Shown here: positions 12,402 through 24,910 of the stretch, piece after piece
Layout: each line of letters begins with the position of its first letter
Numbering within the stretch: the first letter of the stretch is position 1
NCBI RefSeq assembly: GCF_009914755.1
Contig: NC_060928.1
DNA: 64,000 bases
Direction: 5' to 3' (one strand)
Origin: the human T2T-CHM13v2.0 reference genome, Homo sapiens
Notes under the pieces: generated by a model
The model's database searches: none
Told to the model about the DNA's origin: nothing
The model's input: the letters and a program-made list of their open reading frames with translations, nothing else
Made by a program: the position numbers and the translations under genes

Positions 12402-14384
12402 TAACGTTCTTAAATAGCAGAGCACATATATATGATTTCACTTTTTGTGGTTTAGCTTTTCATTCTGAGAATGAGAATAAACCTTTTCACCCATGTTTTC
12501 CATAGTCCGGTCTGTTATTCTACATTCTTTTACATTCTAATACCTTATGTTTTCCATTACATCCTTTCTTCTCACCCTTATATCAGTTTCTAATGGATTT
12601 AGCAGGAAACCAACATTCCTGTTCAACTTGTACAAACTTGTGAAAACATAATTGAAATGAAAATGGAAATTTCAGGCCACCAGATGTCTTTATGCATCTG
12701 CATAAATAACAGTGCCATGAAATTGACCCCAGCCTACCTTTTAAGTAGGAAAACACTCTCCTTTAATCCAATGTGGATGATTATGGATGATTCATTTGCT
12801 ACTAATTTGCTGAAAACTCAATTCAGAAAATACTAACAATACGTATATTAAGCCTTAACAAATGACATTCAACAGAAATCTGTTTCCTTTGATACTTTTC
12901 CTTTAAGGAAGTCTCCAGACAGTGTTTCCTAATCAGTATAATGAGCTTTCTGGAATTTATGAAAGCGAAGGCTCCTTTCAGATCTAAAGTTTCAGCTCTG
13001 TATTTTCACTATTAAGAATTGTTTACACCTATAAAACCAGATTGAAGAGCTTTGCTAAGTCTCCGTCCCTCTTCTCCATCCCCTCTGCATCCGTGTCTCC
13101 CAAAGCTCTTTATTACCCTCCCCATTTCTTTGCTCTGTTTCTGGCTGCCGCTTTTCCTCAATCTTGCTCTCATTCTCCTTCACACTTTACTGCTCTCTCA
13201 CTAACTCCACAAGTTTAAAAAACTAACCCAACTTAGAAATGTCTACTAACTTCCTAAAACATCCTCCACAACATTAAAAAGCACTGCTAATATTTTTACA
13301 ATACAATACACAAATATTTAATAAAATCAGGACAACACACATTCCCACTTTGTACCATCGTGTTACCAAATGAGATTCACTTGTAATGAACAAATCATCA
13401 ATCTTCGCTGTTATCAGAAACTAGCTTCCCCAAGCCTTCCAGTAATTTTTTAGAGTTCTGGAAGCAATAGCTCCAAACCTAGTCTGTCAGCAGGAGACTC
13501 GGCCTGGCTTACGCTCCACTTGGACTTCTGCTCGGGCTCCCGGGAAGCCATCTGGGGCAGCCTGGCGTCCATCTGCCCTTCTGAAGTAGGTCGCAGACCC
13601 TGCCAAGATACTGACCCTGGATGCCAGTGAAACCTCATCCCTGTCATGACAAAGAATCTCTGGAGTCCAGGTAAAGGTAGGGAGAATGCCTCCTCTCCAA
13701 CATCTCCCACACTGCATCGTCTGGACAATGGCACAGTTCTACTTCTGTGGGCACCTCTGTTCTTCATGAAAAACACCACTGCCATATTTTGGCCAGATCT
13801 GGGCAATACAAGGCTCACTCTCAGCCCAAGGGGCATGCATGAAACAGATTTCTTCCCACGAGGGAGAGACCCTCCTATTATCCTCCTAAATTCCATCCCC
13901 ACTTAGAACCATCCTCCCATGTATCCTCCTATAATCAATCTCCCATGTTATTTATCTCCTAAAGTCTATTCCCAGCTTAGAACTGAGAATTCTTCCTTTC
14001 TCCCAGTTCCCACACTTGCCTAGTTAAAAACTGTCCAGTTTAAAACAATGACTTCCATGCATGCCAAAGACAGAAGCAGATCTTAGAAGAAGATGGCTTC
14101 CCAACCCCACCTTTCTCAGGGCTCTTGCTAAATAATTTATTAGATTGACCAGCCAGACCTGGAATTTGAACCTGACGCATGATCTTGGTGGAGATACTAA
14201 CTGCTCATTTATCATCCCTAAAAGGGAGAAAAACCTGCATTTGCCATACTTCAAGATCTAGTCCACACTTAGCTTCCCTTTGGACTGCTGCCTTTCACTC
14301 TTTCATTTATCTAGAATGCTGTGTATTTTCCTGACTACATATAACTACACCGTAAAACATCTGAAGACTGCATAAAAACATAAG

Positions 14385-15600
14385 AAAAAATAAATAAATC
14401 ATTTCAAAATTTCATCACACTGAGGCAACCACTGTCAAGATCTTGGTATCTGTTTCTGTTATGAAAATATGCAAACATAAATTAATTTTACATAAAAGGA
14501 ATCATTTCTGTTTACATCTTTTAAATTTTTACTGTTGCCCTTTTCTTGCTTTCCCCACTCCACAAGTGTCCTTATTAATTTCTTTATTCCTCATATCATT
14601 CCTTGAAAGTTGTTTATTACAGGTATATTTTCCTTTTTCTCTTTCTGGCTGCAGAATTGTGTTAAGAATGAGATAAAAATTACCCATGTACCCATGACCT
14701 TATTAAAAATCATCCATCACCGAAACAGCTGATATTCCTCCTAGTTCTTCCCCAACTGCCTCCTTCTGCACCCACATTAGCCAGCATCTTCCTTTGGTGT
14801 TTGTCATTCTCACGGATACCTTTACATGTGTGTCACATACGTCTTTGGCACTAAACAGTATGTAGCACTGCGTTATATGTTCCTAACCGCAGTACAAATG
14901 GCCACAGCTATATATATTTTCCTGGAATCTCTCTTTTCTCACTTAATGCGGATTAATATGAGTAAGTCTAGTTTCTTGACTTTGCTATTTTGCCACATTC
15001 TCTTGTGGGAATGTACATCAAGGTATTAGTCAATTCCTCTGTTAATGGACATTGCTGTTGTTTTCATCCTTTTGCTCTCCTGTGGTCTGTGGCTGTGAGC
15101 CTTTTTTTCAGATTGAGGCAGCATAGCAAGCAGTTTTGAAGGGGGACTCCAGTGCAGACTGCATGCATCTGATGTGTGGTGGCGCCATGTAGGAGCTCAG
15201 CAGCCTTGGCAAGTTAGTTAATCCACTGTGCGTCACTTCCCCATTTTAAAATTGAGATAAAAATAGTATGTACTTCATAGGACTATTGAGAAGAGTATTA
15301 ACTTGAAGCATATGCAATTATAATTTTCATAGTCCAAAAATGGTCACATATTAGCATTTTTATATGGTGAAACCTAATAAATGAGATAATTGATATAGCA
15401 TATTTAGAATGGAGGTATACAGTCAGTACTTAGTATTAGCTGTAATGATAGCAGTGGTGATGACAATGATGGTGTCTCTTTGTATATGTTAAGTCTCAGG
15501 CTTTCTCTGGCCTAAACAGCCAGGAATAGAATTGCTGGGTCACAGGATCTATCCAAATTCAACCTTTACCTCCAGAATGTTCTCCAGAGTTTTCTATCCA
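14385..15600 (-). mobile_element. L1ME-type 3' region fragments split by a MIR
   Basis: Antisense old-L1 motifs (TCCTCTGTTAATGGACAT, CCAGGAATAGAATTGCTGGGTCACAGG). Boundaries approximate. Confidence 0.6.
15115..15445 (+). mobile_element. MIR
   Basis: CCTTGGCAAGTTAGTTAATCC...CCCCATTTTAAAATTGAGATAAAAATAGT...AAATGAGATAA core. Confidence 0.7.
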
Positions 15601-15679
15601 AGATATGTTTTATTTTTCTACATATTTGTGTCTTAATATTTTTCAATAACGTTTTATAATATTGTTCATAAGAATTATT

Positions 15680-15780
15680 CGTTTTCTTCTCTCTTTCCCC
15701 TCTCCTCCTCTCTTCTTCTGTTCTTTTTTATCTCTTTCTTCCTCCTCCTCTACCTCTCCTTCTTTTTCTTTTTTCTCCCA
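15680..15780. repeat. CT-rich low-complexity tract
   Basis: About 100 bp almost entirely C/T. Confidence 0.85.
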
Positions 15781-16841
15781 AATTCGAAGATGAACACTCT
15801 TCTGCTATCAGAGTAGAAAGGTCTGTGACTTCCTCATGTTTCTAGAAGATCTCCATGGATCATGCAAAAGGTCAGATGCCATCTTTACTTTCACAGCTCT
15901 GGAAATCCATTTGCTAAGGTCTCAATTATCACCCAGAGCTCTAGAACGCTATTTCTCAGACTTTTGTGTGGCTCACAGAGTATCATGCTGTTAACTGTCC
16001 CAGAAGCCTAGAGGATCCCTTGGCTTTACAGCGCACAGCTCCTGACCCTGCAGCTCCACTGGAAATTGGACTGAGCCATCATCTTCCCTGAGCCTCCCCG
16101 CTTCGCTCTTCATTGTCCTCCCTCCCTATTCGGCAGATCCAGAGATTCACTCTGCTGCGTAAATTCTTTTAGTCCCAAGATAAAGCACTGCCTATGAAGA
16201 GATGTCTAACTTTTAAAACTGGCCAATTACATCAAAATTTATTTGGTTCTATAAGCAAAGATATGGCCCAGCAATTTATTAACAGGAAGGGAATGCTAAG
16301 TGAATATCAGCAATCATTAATAAAGATGTTGTGAATGGTTTCAGAACGCACAGTAAACAATTTAATTCCAAATGATATATTAAGAGAGAACTAAGAAGAG
16401 GATTTCTTTCAGATAGCACAGAATAGAATATTTTTCCAAATTAATAGTTACAATATTCAGGAGAAACAAACCGTTCAAAATAACTGAACCCTGCCTGTAG
16501 TCTCTTTCCTGTATTGCTAATCCTCTTTCCTATTTCGTTTTTCTGTCATTTCTTTCTCTCTCTACTTGGCTTTTTCCATCAGCATGTAAATCTAATTTAG
16601 TTTTTGCCATCCTTAATAAAAACAAAATGATGCCTGCGACTGTTGTCTAATGTCTACTTTTCAAAACCAAAATTTTCAAAAGCACTATTTATGCTGTTTG
16701 TCTCTTCCTCTTCCCCTTTCCTCCCAGCCCATTTCAATAAGGCTGACTACCGCCAACCACTCCGCCCCAGAGGCATCTGCCCCCGGCCGCGCACCCTCTC
16801 TCCCTCACCACGCCTTGGTGTCCTCACGTTCCCGCACCTCT

Positions 16842-17035
16842 CAGAAGCGCTTCCTCCACGCTCCACGGCGGCCTTACCTGCTCAGAAGTTCATGCTCCCA
16901 GCGGCCTTCCCCACCCAGAAGCGCTTCCTCCAGGCTGCGCAACGGCCTTCCCCGCCCGGAAGCGCTTCCTCCAGTCTCCACAGCGGCCTTCCCGCCCGGG
17001 AGCGCTTCCTCCACGCTCCACAGCGGCCTTCCTTG
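16842..17035. repeat. GC-rich minisatellite, left part (units of 41, 33, 41, 40 and 39 bp)
   Basis: Unit CAGAAGCGCTTCCTCCAnGCTCCACAGCGGCCTTCCCCGCC and short variant CAGAAGTTCATGCTCCCAGCGGCCTTCCCCACC. Confidence 0.92.
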
Positions 17036-18362
17036 TGAGAGGTGACAGCGTGCTGGCAGTCCTCACAGCCCTCGCTCGCTCTCGGCGCCCCCTCTGCCTG
17101 GGCTCCCACTTTGGGGGCACTTGAGGAGCCCTTCAGCCCACCGCTGCACTGTGGGAGCCCCTTTCTGGGCTGGCCAAGGAGGAGCCCGCTCCCTCAGCTT
17201 GCAGGGAGGTGTGGAGGGAGAGGCGGGAGCGGAAACTGGGGCTGCGCGCGGCGCTTGCGGGCCAGCTGGAGTTCCGGGTGGGCGTGGGCTTGGCGGGCAC
17301 TGCACTCGGAGCAGCCGGCCGGCCCTGTCGGCCCCGGGCAATGAGGGGCTTAGCACCCGGGCCAGCGGCTGCGGAGGGTGTACTGGGTCCCCCAGCAGTG
17401 CCAGCCCGCCGGCGCTGCGCTTGATTTCTCGCCGGGCCTTAGCTGCCTTCCCGCCGGGCAGGGCTCGGGACCTGCAGCCCGCCATGCCTGAGCCTCCCAC
17501 CCGCTTCACGGGCTCCTGTGCCGCCCGAGCCTCTCGGATGAGCGCCGCCCCCTGCTCCATGGCGCCCAGTGCCATCGACCACCCAAGGGCTGAGGAGTGC
17601 GGGCTCCCGGCGCGGGACTGGCAGGCAGCTGCACCTGCAGCCCCTGTGCGGGATCCACTGGGTGAAGCCAGCTGGGCTCCTGAGTCTGGTGGGGACCTGG
17701 AGAACCTTTATGCCTAGCTCAGTGATTGTAAATACGCCAATTGATACTCTGTATCTACCGCAAGGTTTGTAAACACACCAGTCATCACCCTGTGTCTAGC
17801 TCAGGGTTTGTGAATGCACCAATCAACACTCTGTATCTAGCTACTCTGGTGGGGCCTTGGAGAACCTTTGTGTGGAGACTCTATCTAGCTAATCTGGTGG
17901 GGACGTGGAGAACCTTTGTATCTAGCGCAGGGATTGTAAACGCACCAATCAGCGCCGTCAAAACAGACCATTCGGCTCTACCAATCAGCAGGATGTGGGT
18001 GGGGCCAGATAAGAGAATAAAAGCAGGCTGCGGAGCCAGCAGTGGCAACCCGCTGGGGTCCCCTTCCACAGTGTGGAAGCTTTGTTCTTTCATTCTTTGC
18101 AATAAATCTTGCTGCTGCTCACTCTTTGAGTCCACCCTGCTTTTATGAGCTGTAACACTCACCGCGAAGGTCTGCAGCTTCACTCCTGAGCCAGCGAGAC
18201 CACGAACCCACCAGAAGGAAGAAACTCTGAACACATCCGAACATCAGAAGGAACAAACTCCAGACGCGCCACCTTAAGAGCTGTAACACTCACCGCGAGG
18301 GTCCGCGGTCCCTCTTCATTCTTGAAGTCAGTGAGACCAAGAACCCACGAATTCTGGACACA
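17036..18362 (+). mobile_element. LTR12C (ERV9) solo LTR
   Basis: Starts TGAGAGGTGACAGCGTGCTGGCAGTCC, ends AAGAACCCACGAATTCTGGACACA. Internal ~40-bp repeats. 4-bp TSD CTTG/CCTG. Confidence 0.96.
17700..18050 (+). promoter_or_regulatory. LTR12 U3 enhancer/promoter
   Basis: CCAAT boxes at 17737, 17819, 17945 and 17981, TATCTA (GATA) repeats, GGGTGGGGC, AGATAAG, TATA-like AATAAAA at 18016. AATAAA at 18101. Confidence 0.8.
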
Positions 18363-18453
18363 CCTGCTCAGCAGTTCATGCTCCCAGCGGCCTTACCCGC
18401 TCAGAAGCGCTTCCGAAGCGCTTCCTCCAGGCTCCACAGCGGCCTTCCCCGCT
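18363..18453. repeat. Minisatellite, right part (rest of unit 5, one 33-bp unit, one long unit with an 11-bp duplication)
   Basis: CCTGCT CAGCAGTTCATGCTCCCAGCGGCCTTACCCGCT CAGAAGCGCTTCC GAAGCGCTTCC TCCAGGCTCCACAGCGGCCTTCCCCGCT. Confidence 0.9.
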
Positions 18454-18539
18454 CGCTCCTTTGAGCTCCTCCTCGGTCGCTTTTGCCAGCCTCTGCCTCC
18501 CTTTCTAGCGTCCTATTTCAGCACACTCATTTTCGTTTC

Positions 18540-18935
18540 AGGCAGGTGCGCTTTCCGTTCCCAGAGCGCACTGGAACCTCTTTCCCGCTGGCCTCAGCCT
18601 TTTCTTGGAATGCCCTTTCCAGCCTTTTCACGTGGAAGCACCACTCAGCTTCAAAGCCACCTCCTTGGGAGGCCTTCTCTGACCGCCCAGCCTCGTTCGC
18701 GCCACGTGTACATTCTCAGTGCAGCCAGTAACCGCCCATTTATGTATACATACACATGTAAATGCACATATAAATAATTCACCCACTATAATTTTGATGA
18801 AATATATATTTAAGAATGTGTTGTTTTGTCCATCATTAAAGTCCAAGCTCCACAAAATCAGAAACTATAACTTTTTTATTCACTGCCACATCTCCAGAAT
18901 TAGCAGATTGTTGGTATAGTGTTAATTGAATAATT
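18540..18935 (+). mobile_element. L2 fragment, CpG-rich in its 5' part
   Basis: CTTGGAATGCCCTTTCC...CACCTCCTTGGGAGGCCTTCTCTGACC and AAGCTCCAC...TTATTCACTGCCACATCTCCAG resemble L2 motifs. Confidence 0.6.
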
Positions 18936-20199
18936 GGATAAAATTTCCAACATACAAGCCCTACAGAAAAGAACATGTGTGGTGGAAACTAAAATACATT
19001 TTGCCTATTTACAGAAGGAGATCAGTTGGAAGCTTTCCTTGGACTAAGAGCATCCTTAGCTATGAAGGCGAATGGATCTTGAGGCTGCAAGGTATTCAAC
19101 AAATATTGGTATGATGGGGTCATATTGTTGACTTTTAAAAATACTGCAATATACTGACATATCGAAACAGCGACGTTCGGCTATGTTTTCTGGTGAGTAT
19201 GCCTTCAGGAAGAAGAAAAGACGAGATGCCTTCCCATTCGAATGGTTTATGCTCTGAATCACAAAAGTTTATAAGATCAAAGTGAAAAGTCAATGTAGAT
19301 TTTGTAGAATATTTAATGAAACGTTTTGCGTGTTAGGGCTCCAGGTAGTGCACGATCTTTCATGGCAGGAAAGCCCCACTCCGCCACCATGGGAATCTGT
19401 GAGGACGCCAAGCTTCAGTTCTAGATCCAGAAGCTTTCCCAGGGAGCAGGCTGCCGTGCCATTTCACATTCCACGTGGCATTTCCAATGGGGATGATGAG
19501 AAGCCACTGAGATAACTCTTTGGAGAAACATTCAGCTCTAGGAAAGTACTATGTAACCTGATAGGTTCACTTTTGACATTTCATTTTATATATTTCTAAG
19601 AATTTTTTAAAATTCCTGCATGCAGCCGTTAGACAAGGATCATAATCCTCATTGATGCTGTTTAATGCCTAATAACAGATGCATATTGGCTCTAGTAAAT
19701 GGCTTGTAAGGTATTAACATTAATTCTAGGTATAATATAATAATACAATCATAAAACAAGTAGGAAATGACAAAGATGAGAACGGTGAAAACAGCATACA
19801 ATCTTCAAGGAAAAGTTATACATATGGATTTAAACCACAGGTATACAGTCATTTTTATTCATTTTTGTATACCTATACCACTAATATAAATGTCAGAAGC
19901 ACCACATTCTGAATTATTATTAGTGTTGTTTTTGTCTCCTTTTGGCCTGAAGAATTTGAAAGCCACTATTTTTTACTCTGCTTCAAAGCACGGGCCTCAT
20001 GGTGGGTATGCTGTTTTAATTGAGGCGAGGTGGTTCCTGTAATAAGTCATGGTTCTTCTGCACTGTGGGTTAGACTCACAGTTTATAAGGCTGAGAAAAG
20101 TGCAGTGGAGTCAAATTCTACAGTTTCCCAGCAGCAGAACACGTCTAAAAATACTCAGAATATCAGGTAGTTCTCTCCCTTCCTCTACTTTTTTAAAAA

Positions 20200-20375
20200 A
20201 ACTCTTTCTTCCTCCCTTCCTCTCATCTTTCATTCCTGCCTTTCTCCCTCCCTTCCTCCTTTCCTTCCTTCCTTTTTCTATCATATCGTATCATATCTAT
20301 CATCTATCTACCTATCTAATCTATCGTCTATCCATCACCTTTCTTCCTCTGTCTCTTCCACCGCTATCTTCCTAA
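20200..20375. repeat. (TTCC)n / (TCTA)n degenerate simple repeats
   Basis: Seen directly. Confidence 0.8.
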
Positions 20376-20403
20376 AATAGTTTCTATTTTTATTACTCCG
20401 CAC

Positions 20404-20612
20404 CAGCACTGTCTCATAGAACTTTCTATGAGGTCAGTGGCATTTCATACCTGCACTATCCCTACAGTTGGCAGTAGCCACACTTGAGCTATTGAGACAT
20501 TTGAAGCTGTTTGTCACTTTAAATGCGGCTAGTGCAACTGAGAAAATGAATTTTAACTACTTAATTTTAATTAATCTAAATTTAAATAGCCAATATGGCT
20601 AGCGGCTAGGAT
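20404..20612 (+). mobile_element. MER3 (hAT-Charlie)
   Basis: CAGCACTGTCTCATAGAACTTTCT...GGCTAGTGCAACTGAGAAAATGAATTTT...AAATTTAAATAGCC...GGCTAGCGGCTA. Confidence 0.85.
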
Positions 20613-21240
20613 ACACTTACGAAGAAAATGCTGCCCTGACCTTCGGGATATCACATTCCAGGGCACTTGTACTGACAACATTCTGCACAGTATATTTTGA
20701 GGTTTATTGAATCGGTGGGCGTAACATTCCTCATCACATATGAGCTTAACAAACCAACAATACAGCAGAACGTCAAGCTATATAAAACAAATTTATATAA
20801 GCAAAAATTGATTACGAGACTCAAGACAGCAAGACAATTCATTGTCAACAAACATGTTAAACAATTCCACAAAATAAGTAGGTTTTTGATCAAGTAATTT
20901 GTCTTCCCAATATTTTATATTCTCCTACAAATCATTTTGTTCTCAGAGCTGCAACCTGTGTTCTAGGCTGGGTCCCTCTTTGACATATCTCGCTATGTGA
21001 TATTAGACAACTCAAATTGTTCTCTAAGAGCCATAATCTTTCCACCTGTAAAACAAAGACTAAGGCCAGTGATCTACAAGCACTCTTACTGCTGTCAGAT
21101 TCTGGAAATAAAGCTCTTAGAGAATTTTTTTTCCCACAACATCTTTAACACATAGTTAGGTTGTCTTTTAAATATTAATCTAGAGATGTGGAAAAAATAC
21201 TTATACCACCTCTATGTGTTAGTCTTTGCAGTAGTATTTT

Positions 21241-21541
<301 letters not shown>

Positions 21542-21586
21542 TGCAGTAGTTTTAATATAGCTGCTAGATACAATCTTAGATTGTTG

Positions 21587-21588
<2 letters not shown>

Positions 21589-21619
<31 letters not shown>
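21589..21619. repeat. (AC)15 microsatellite
   Basis: Seen directly. Confidence 0.97.
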
Positions 21620-21621
<2 letters not shown>

Positions 21622-24361
21622 GAAAGAGAAGGAGTGCTAAACTGAAGCTATAATTTTTTTTTATTTTATTCTACTCTTTTTTCTTTTTTTTTCTTGGAAG
21701 GGAGTCTTCAAGTAAAACTATGTGTGTTGATAGAGCATAGTCTTTTTCTCATCACATAGCTAAAATGCCCTTAAGAAGTATGGGATTGCTCTGCCCTTAC
21801 TGGTTTATGGAAGCTCGGTTTACAGCTCCATCTAAAAAGATGGCCTTTCGAGAATATGCTGTTATGGGTGTTTTCTAGGGAAGAGTATCTTTTAAGAATG
21901 TGTGTGCACGTGTGTGTTTGTGTGTATGTGTGTGTTAGACTAGATCTATCTTGCCCCCTTCAAAAATGTTTCATAAATATTTAGGAGGGGAGGTCTTGTG
22001 TGTTGGCTGGACCACAGTTGTTTAGAAAACTCTGCCATATGTTTGCTTAATAATGCAAGCCTGTGGCTTTTAGAGTTTGGGTATCCCATGGATTGTTTTG
22101 TAAAATAATTTTAATTTCAAATGATTATAGTATTTAATTTCCCTTTCATCAGCCATTAAATACCTCAAGGAGTTATTATTTATTTTCTACCTACTTTCAG
22201 TAAGGATTCGGGGTGGGTTTTGAACACATTCAGTAACTGCAATAGTCACTCTTGTAGAGGAAGAGTCTCATTCGATTGTTCCTGCATGGAAAAGATGTTC
22301 AGTCAATTCTCTATTATCCGCACTAATAGATGGGTGCAATCAAGCAGATAATTTAAGTTATCGAGAGCAGCACAATCCAGTTTGTATTTTACTTTAGAAC
22401 ATGTAGGTATGATAGGTGTTTAGCCATTCAATCTAAATGGCAAAAGCAAACATCTGAAAAGCCCTTCGGAGGCACAGAAGGAAGCCCGCTGTCTCCTCTC
22501 AGGATCCTACCCCCTGTCCCAGATTCACCACTGAAAATGGAATGCATCACCGATGACAAAATGAGAGCCTAGTGTGGAATTTTCTTACCTGAGTTTCTGG
22601 CTGAGACCCTTCCTGGGAGAGATGCAATTAGGTGTTCAAGTTTAGATCATTCCTCTTCCAGTTACCGCAGGAAGAGACAGGTTTAATTTCTTATGGCAGA
22701 TGAGAATGCTGGTAAGATTCCACCCGTGCACCACTTTGCAAGGCAGTTGAAGAATCCCTATGCCGTAGTTAGTTTCCACTTGTTAAATACTTCTGTCACT
22801 GTTTCACAATGCCAAAGCTTTGCTTGCTGTCTTAGCCAACTGTAATAGGGTAACCACTGCAGTAGAAATTTCACAAACTGTACCCGGTCTCATTGCTAGT
22901 GCATTAAAGCAATTCATACATAACAAAATATGACAGGATAAAATGAAATAAAATAAAAAGTCTCCTGAAAATCAGTATTGTGCTTATCCTTCCACAAAAC
23001 ACATATCAGATGGGTATGACCGAGGAACTACTGGATTCTTCAGTCAGTATCCACTAATAATTACTATATGTTCATTATGAAATTGAGAGTAATGCACAGG
23101 AGAGAGACATATTTCATGTTCACTAAAAGCACAGGTATAAATAAGTGATAATACAAAAGAAGACCTACTTTACAATGTACATTCAATATATTACATTTCT
23201 CTTCATTGAGATCCAGACTGAAATGGGGAGGAGGTTGACATCTAAGTCATTTATAGAATTTTGAGTGTTTCCCAAAGTTCTTAGGTCTAATCAGAGAGAC
23301 TCTGCTATAATACAATCCATGGGAAATGATACTGGTTTCATTTTCAACTGGAAAACTTATTCTATATGAACAGAGAGGATGAGTAACAGACTAATTAATG
23401 ACATCTGAAAAGAGTAACACATGGTTTATAATCAGCTGATGTACTGTTGAGCATTTTAGTTTTGACCTTGGCAAGATTTGGTTCTAAGACTATCTGTGAA
23501 AATTTTGATTTCAATTCTGTATAACTACTAGACTGCACACAAATCTGATTCAGAAGAAAGTTAATCATTAAAATGTTAGATTCCTTCTAAGTAGTATTGT
23601 TTAAAGCATTTAAATTTAGTTTCTGGGGTTTTCTCATTACCAAATATAATGGAAAGATTGTATATAGCAAAGACTTTTCCCAGTGTTCTGTAAATGTAGT
23701 AAAGATGTTTAAATTATAAAAATGCAGCTAGAATAAATCCATATTCATTGTAAATATCTCATTGTATGATAGTTATATTTGTGTCTTCTTTGCCAAATGT
23801 ATGTATATTTTTATTCTGACTCATTACTGACCTTTCATCAATATTTGTTAATTAAACAAAATTATTACTACATATGGTAGAATGCAAGCTGAACAGGAAC
23901 TCGAAGAGTGCAGCAAACAATGAAGTTTTGAAGGGGGAGGTGAAGACTGTGACAATGAGCTGCGCATTGAAAGGCAAATAGGGAATGAAAAGGAGAAATT
24001 ATAAAATTTAGTTTTAAAAACTTTTTCTTTTTACTTCCAGGAAACTGTTTAAATACATTTCTACAGGAATATAGACTCAAAAGACTATTTAACTGGATAC
24101 ATAATTTTCAGTAAATTAATAGGCATTTGAATCCTAAAAAGAAAAAACACAGTAATAGCATTTTGATGAATGGAGATGAGTTGAGTAAAGGAGAACATAT
24201 TTTTGACATATCCTCAGAGGAGGCGTAGAGAAATACACTAACTTCCAACTGAATAGGAACAAATTCCTGTTCAGAATATTATGAGGCCAATTCCTGCCTA
24301 CCAGTCAATCCCCTCAAAATTCAGAAGAGAAGGAAGAAATAAATTTATATTTATATATCAC

Positions 24362-24364
<3 letters not shown>

Positions 24365-24426
<62 letters not shown>
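24365..24426. repeat. (TA)19(CA)12 compound microsatellite
   Basis: Seen directly. Confidence 0.97.
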
Positions 24427-24429
24427 TAT

Positions 24430-24585
24430 TTCATTCAATTGAACAATATTAATTTTAGGTTATTTTATACCCGTTTCAAGACTCAGACAAGTTAAATAAC
24501 ATGCCCAACATGACGTAGTAAATAGTGGATCTGAAATTCAAGCCCAGAAATTTAAATGCAAAGTCAAGCCCTTTCTGCTACAATA
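24430..24585 (-). mobile_element. MIR
   Basis: GACTCAGACAAGTTAAATAACATGCCCAA...GAAATTCAAGCCCAG is the antisense MIR core. Confidence 0.65.
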
Positions 24586-24804
24586 TTCAATGTTAGAAGA
24601 AACGATAGAGTGTCATAATTATTAAAAATAATTATGCTTTCTGTAAAACTAATTAATGTTATTATCTTTAATAAGTAGCTTCAAAGTAAGATAAATCAAT
24701 TGTGGAATTAATTAGATAAAATTCAGAAAAAAGATTGAAATAATGTCTGGATATTAATTTTAAATGTCATAATTTCAATTATATTTAAATTTCTTTTTAT
24801 TAAT

Positions 24805-24910
24805 ATATTTATTAAATATGTATTAATGTACCCTATGTGCCACACACTGTGTTGAGAACAGAGTATTCAATTGTGAATGACACTGTTCTTGCCCTTGAGA
24901 AATTCATCAT
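24805..24910 (-). mobile_element. L2 3' end fragment
   Basis: CCCTATGTGCCACACACTGTG...GTTCTTGCCCTTGAGAATTCA. Confidence 0.6.

Larger units (their letters stand above)
16745..18740. promoter_or_regulatory. CpG-island-like region covering the minisatellite, LTR12C and flanks
   Basis: High GC and dense CpG compared with the CpG-depleted surroundings. GC box CTCCGCCCC near 16759. Confidence 0.75.

Noticed and set aside
16842-18453. Palindrome-containing ~41-bp repeats as a CRISPR-like array
   Set aside because: Units are contiguous tandem copies with no unique spacers, there are no cas genes, and the context is primate DNA.
16643-18777. Several overlapping ORFs of 100-198 aa
   Set aside because: They come from the GC-rich LTR12C and minisatellite, where stops are rare, and occur in several frames on both strands with no recognisable domain.
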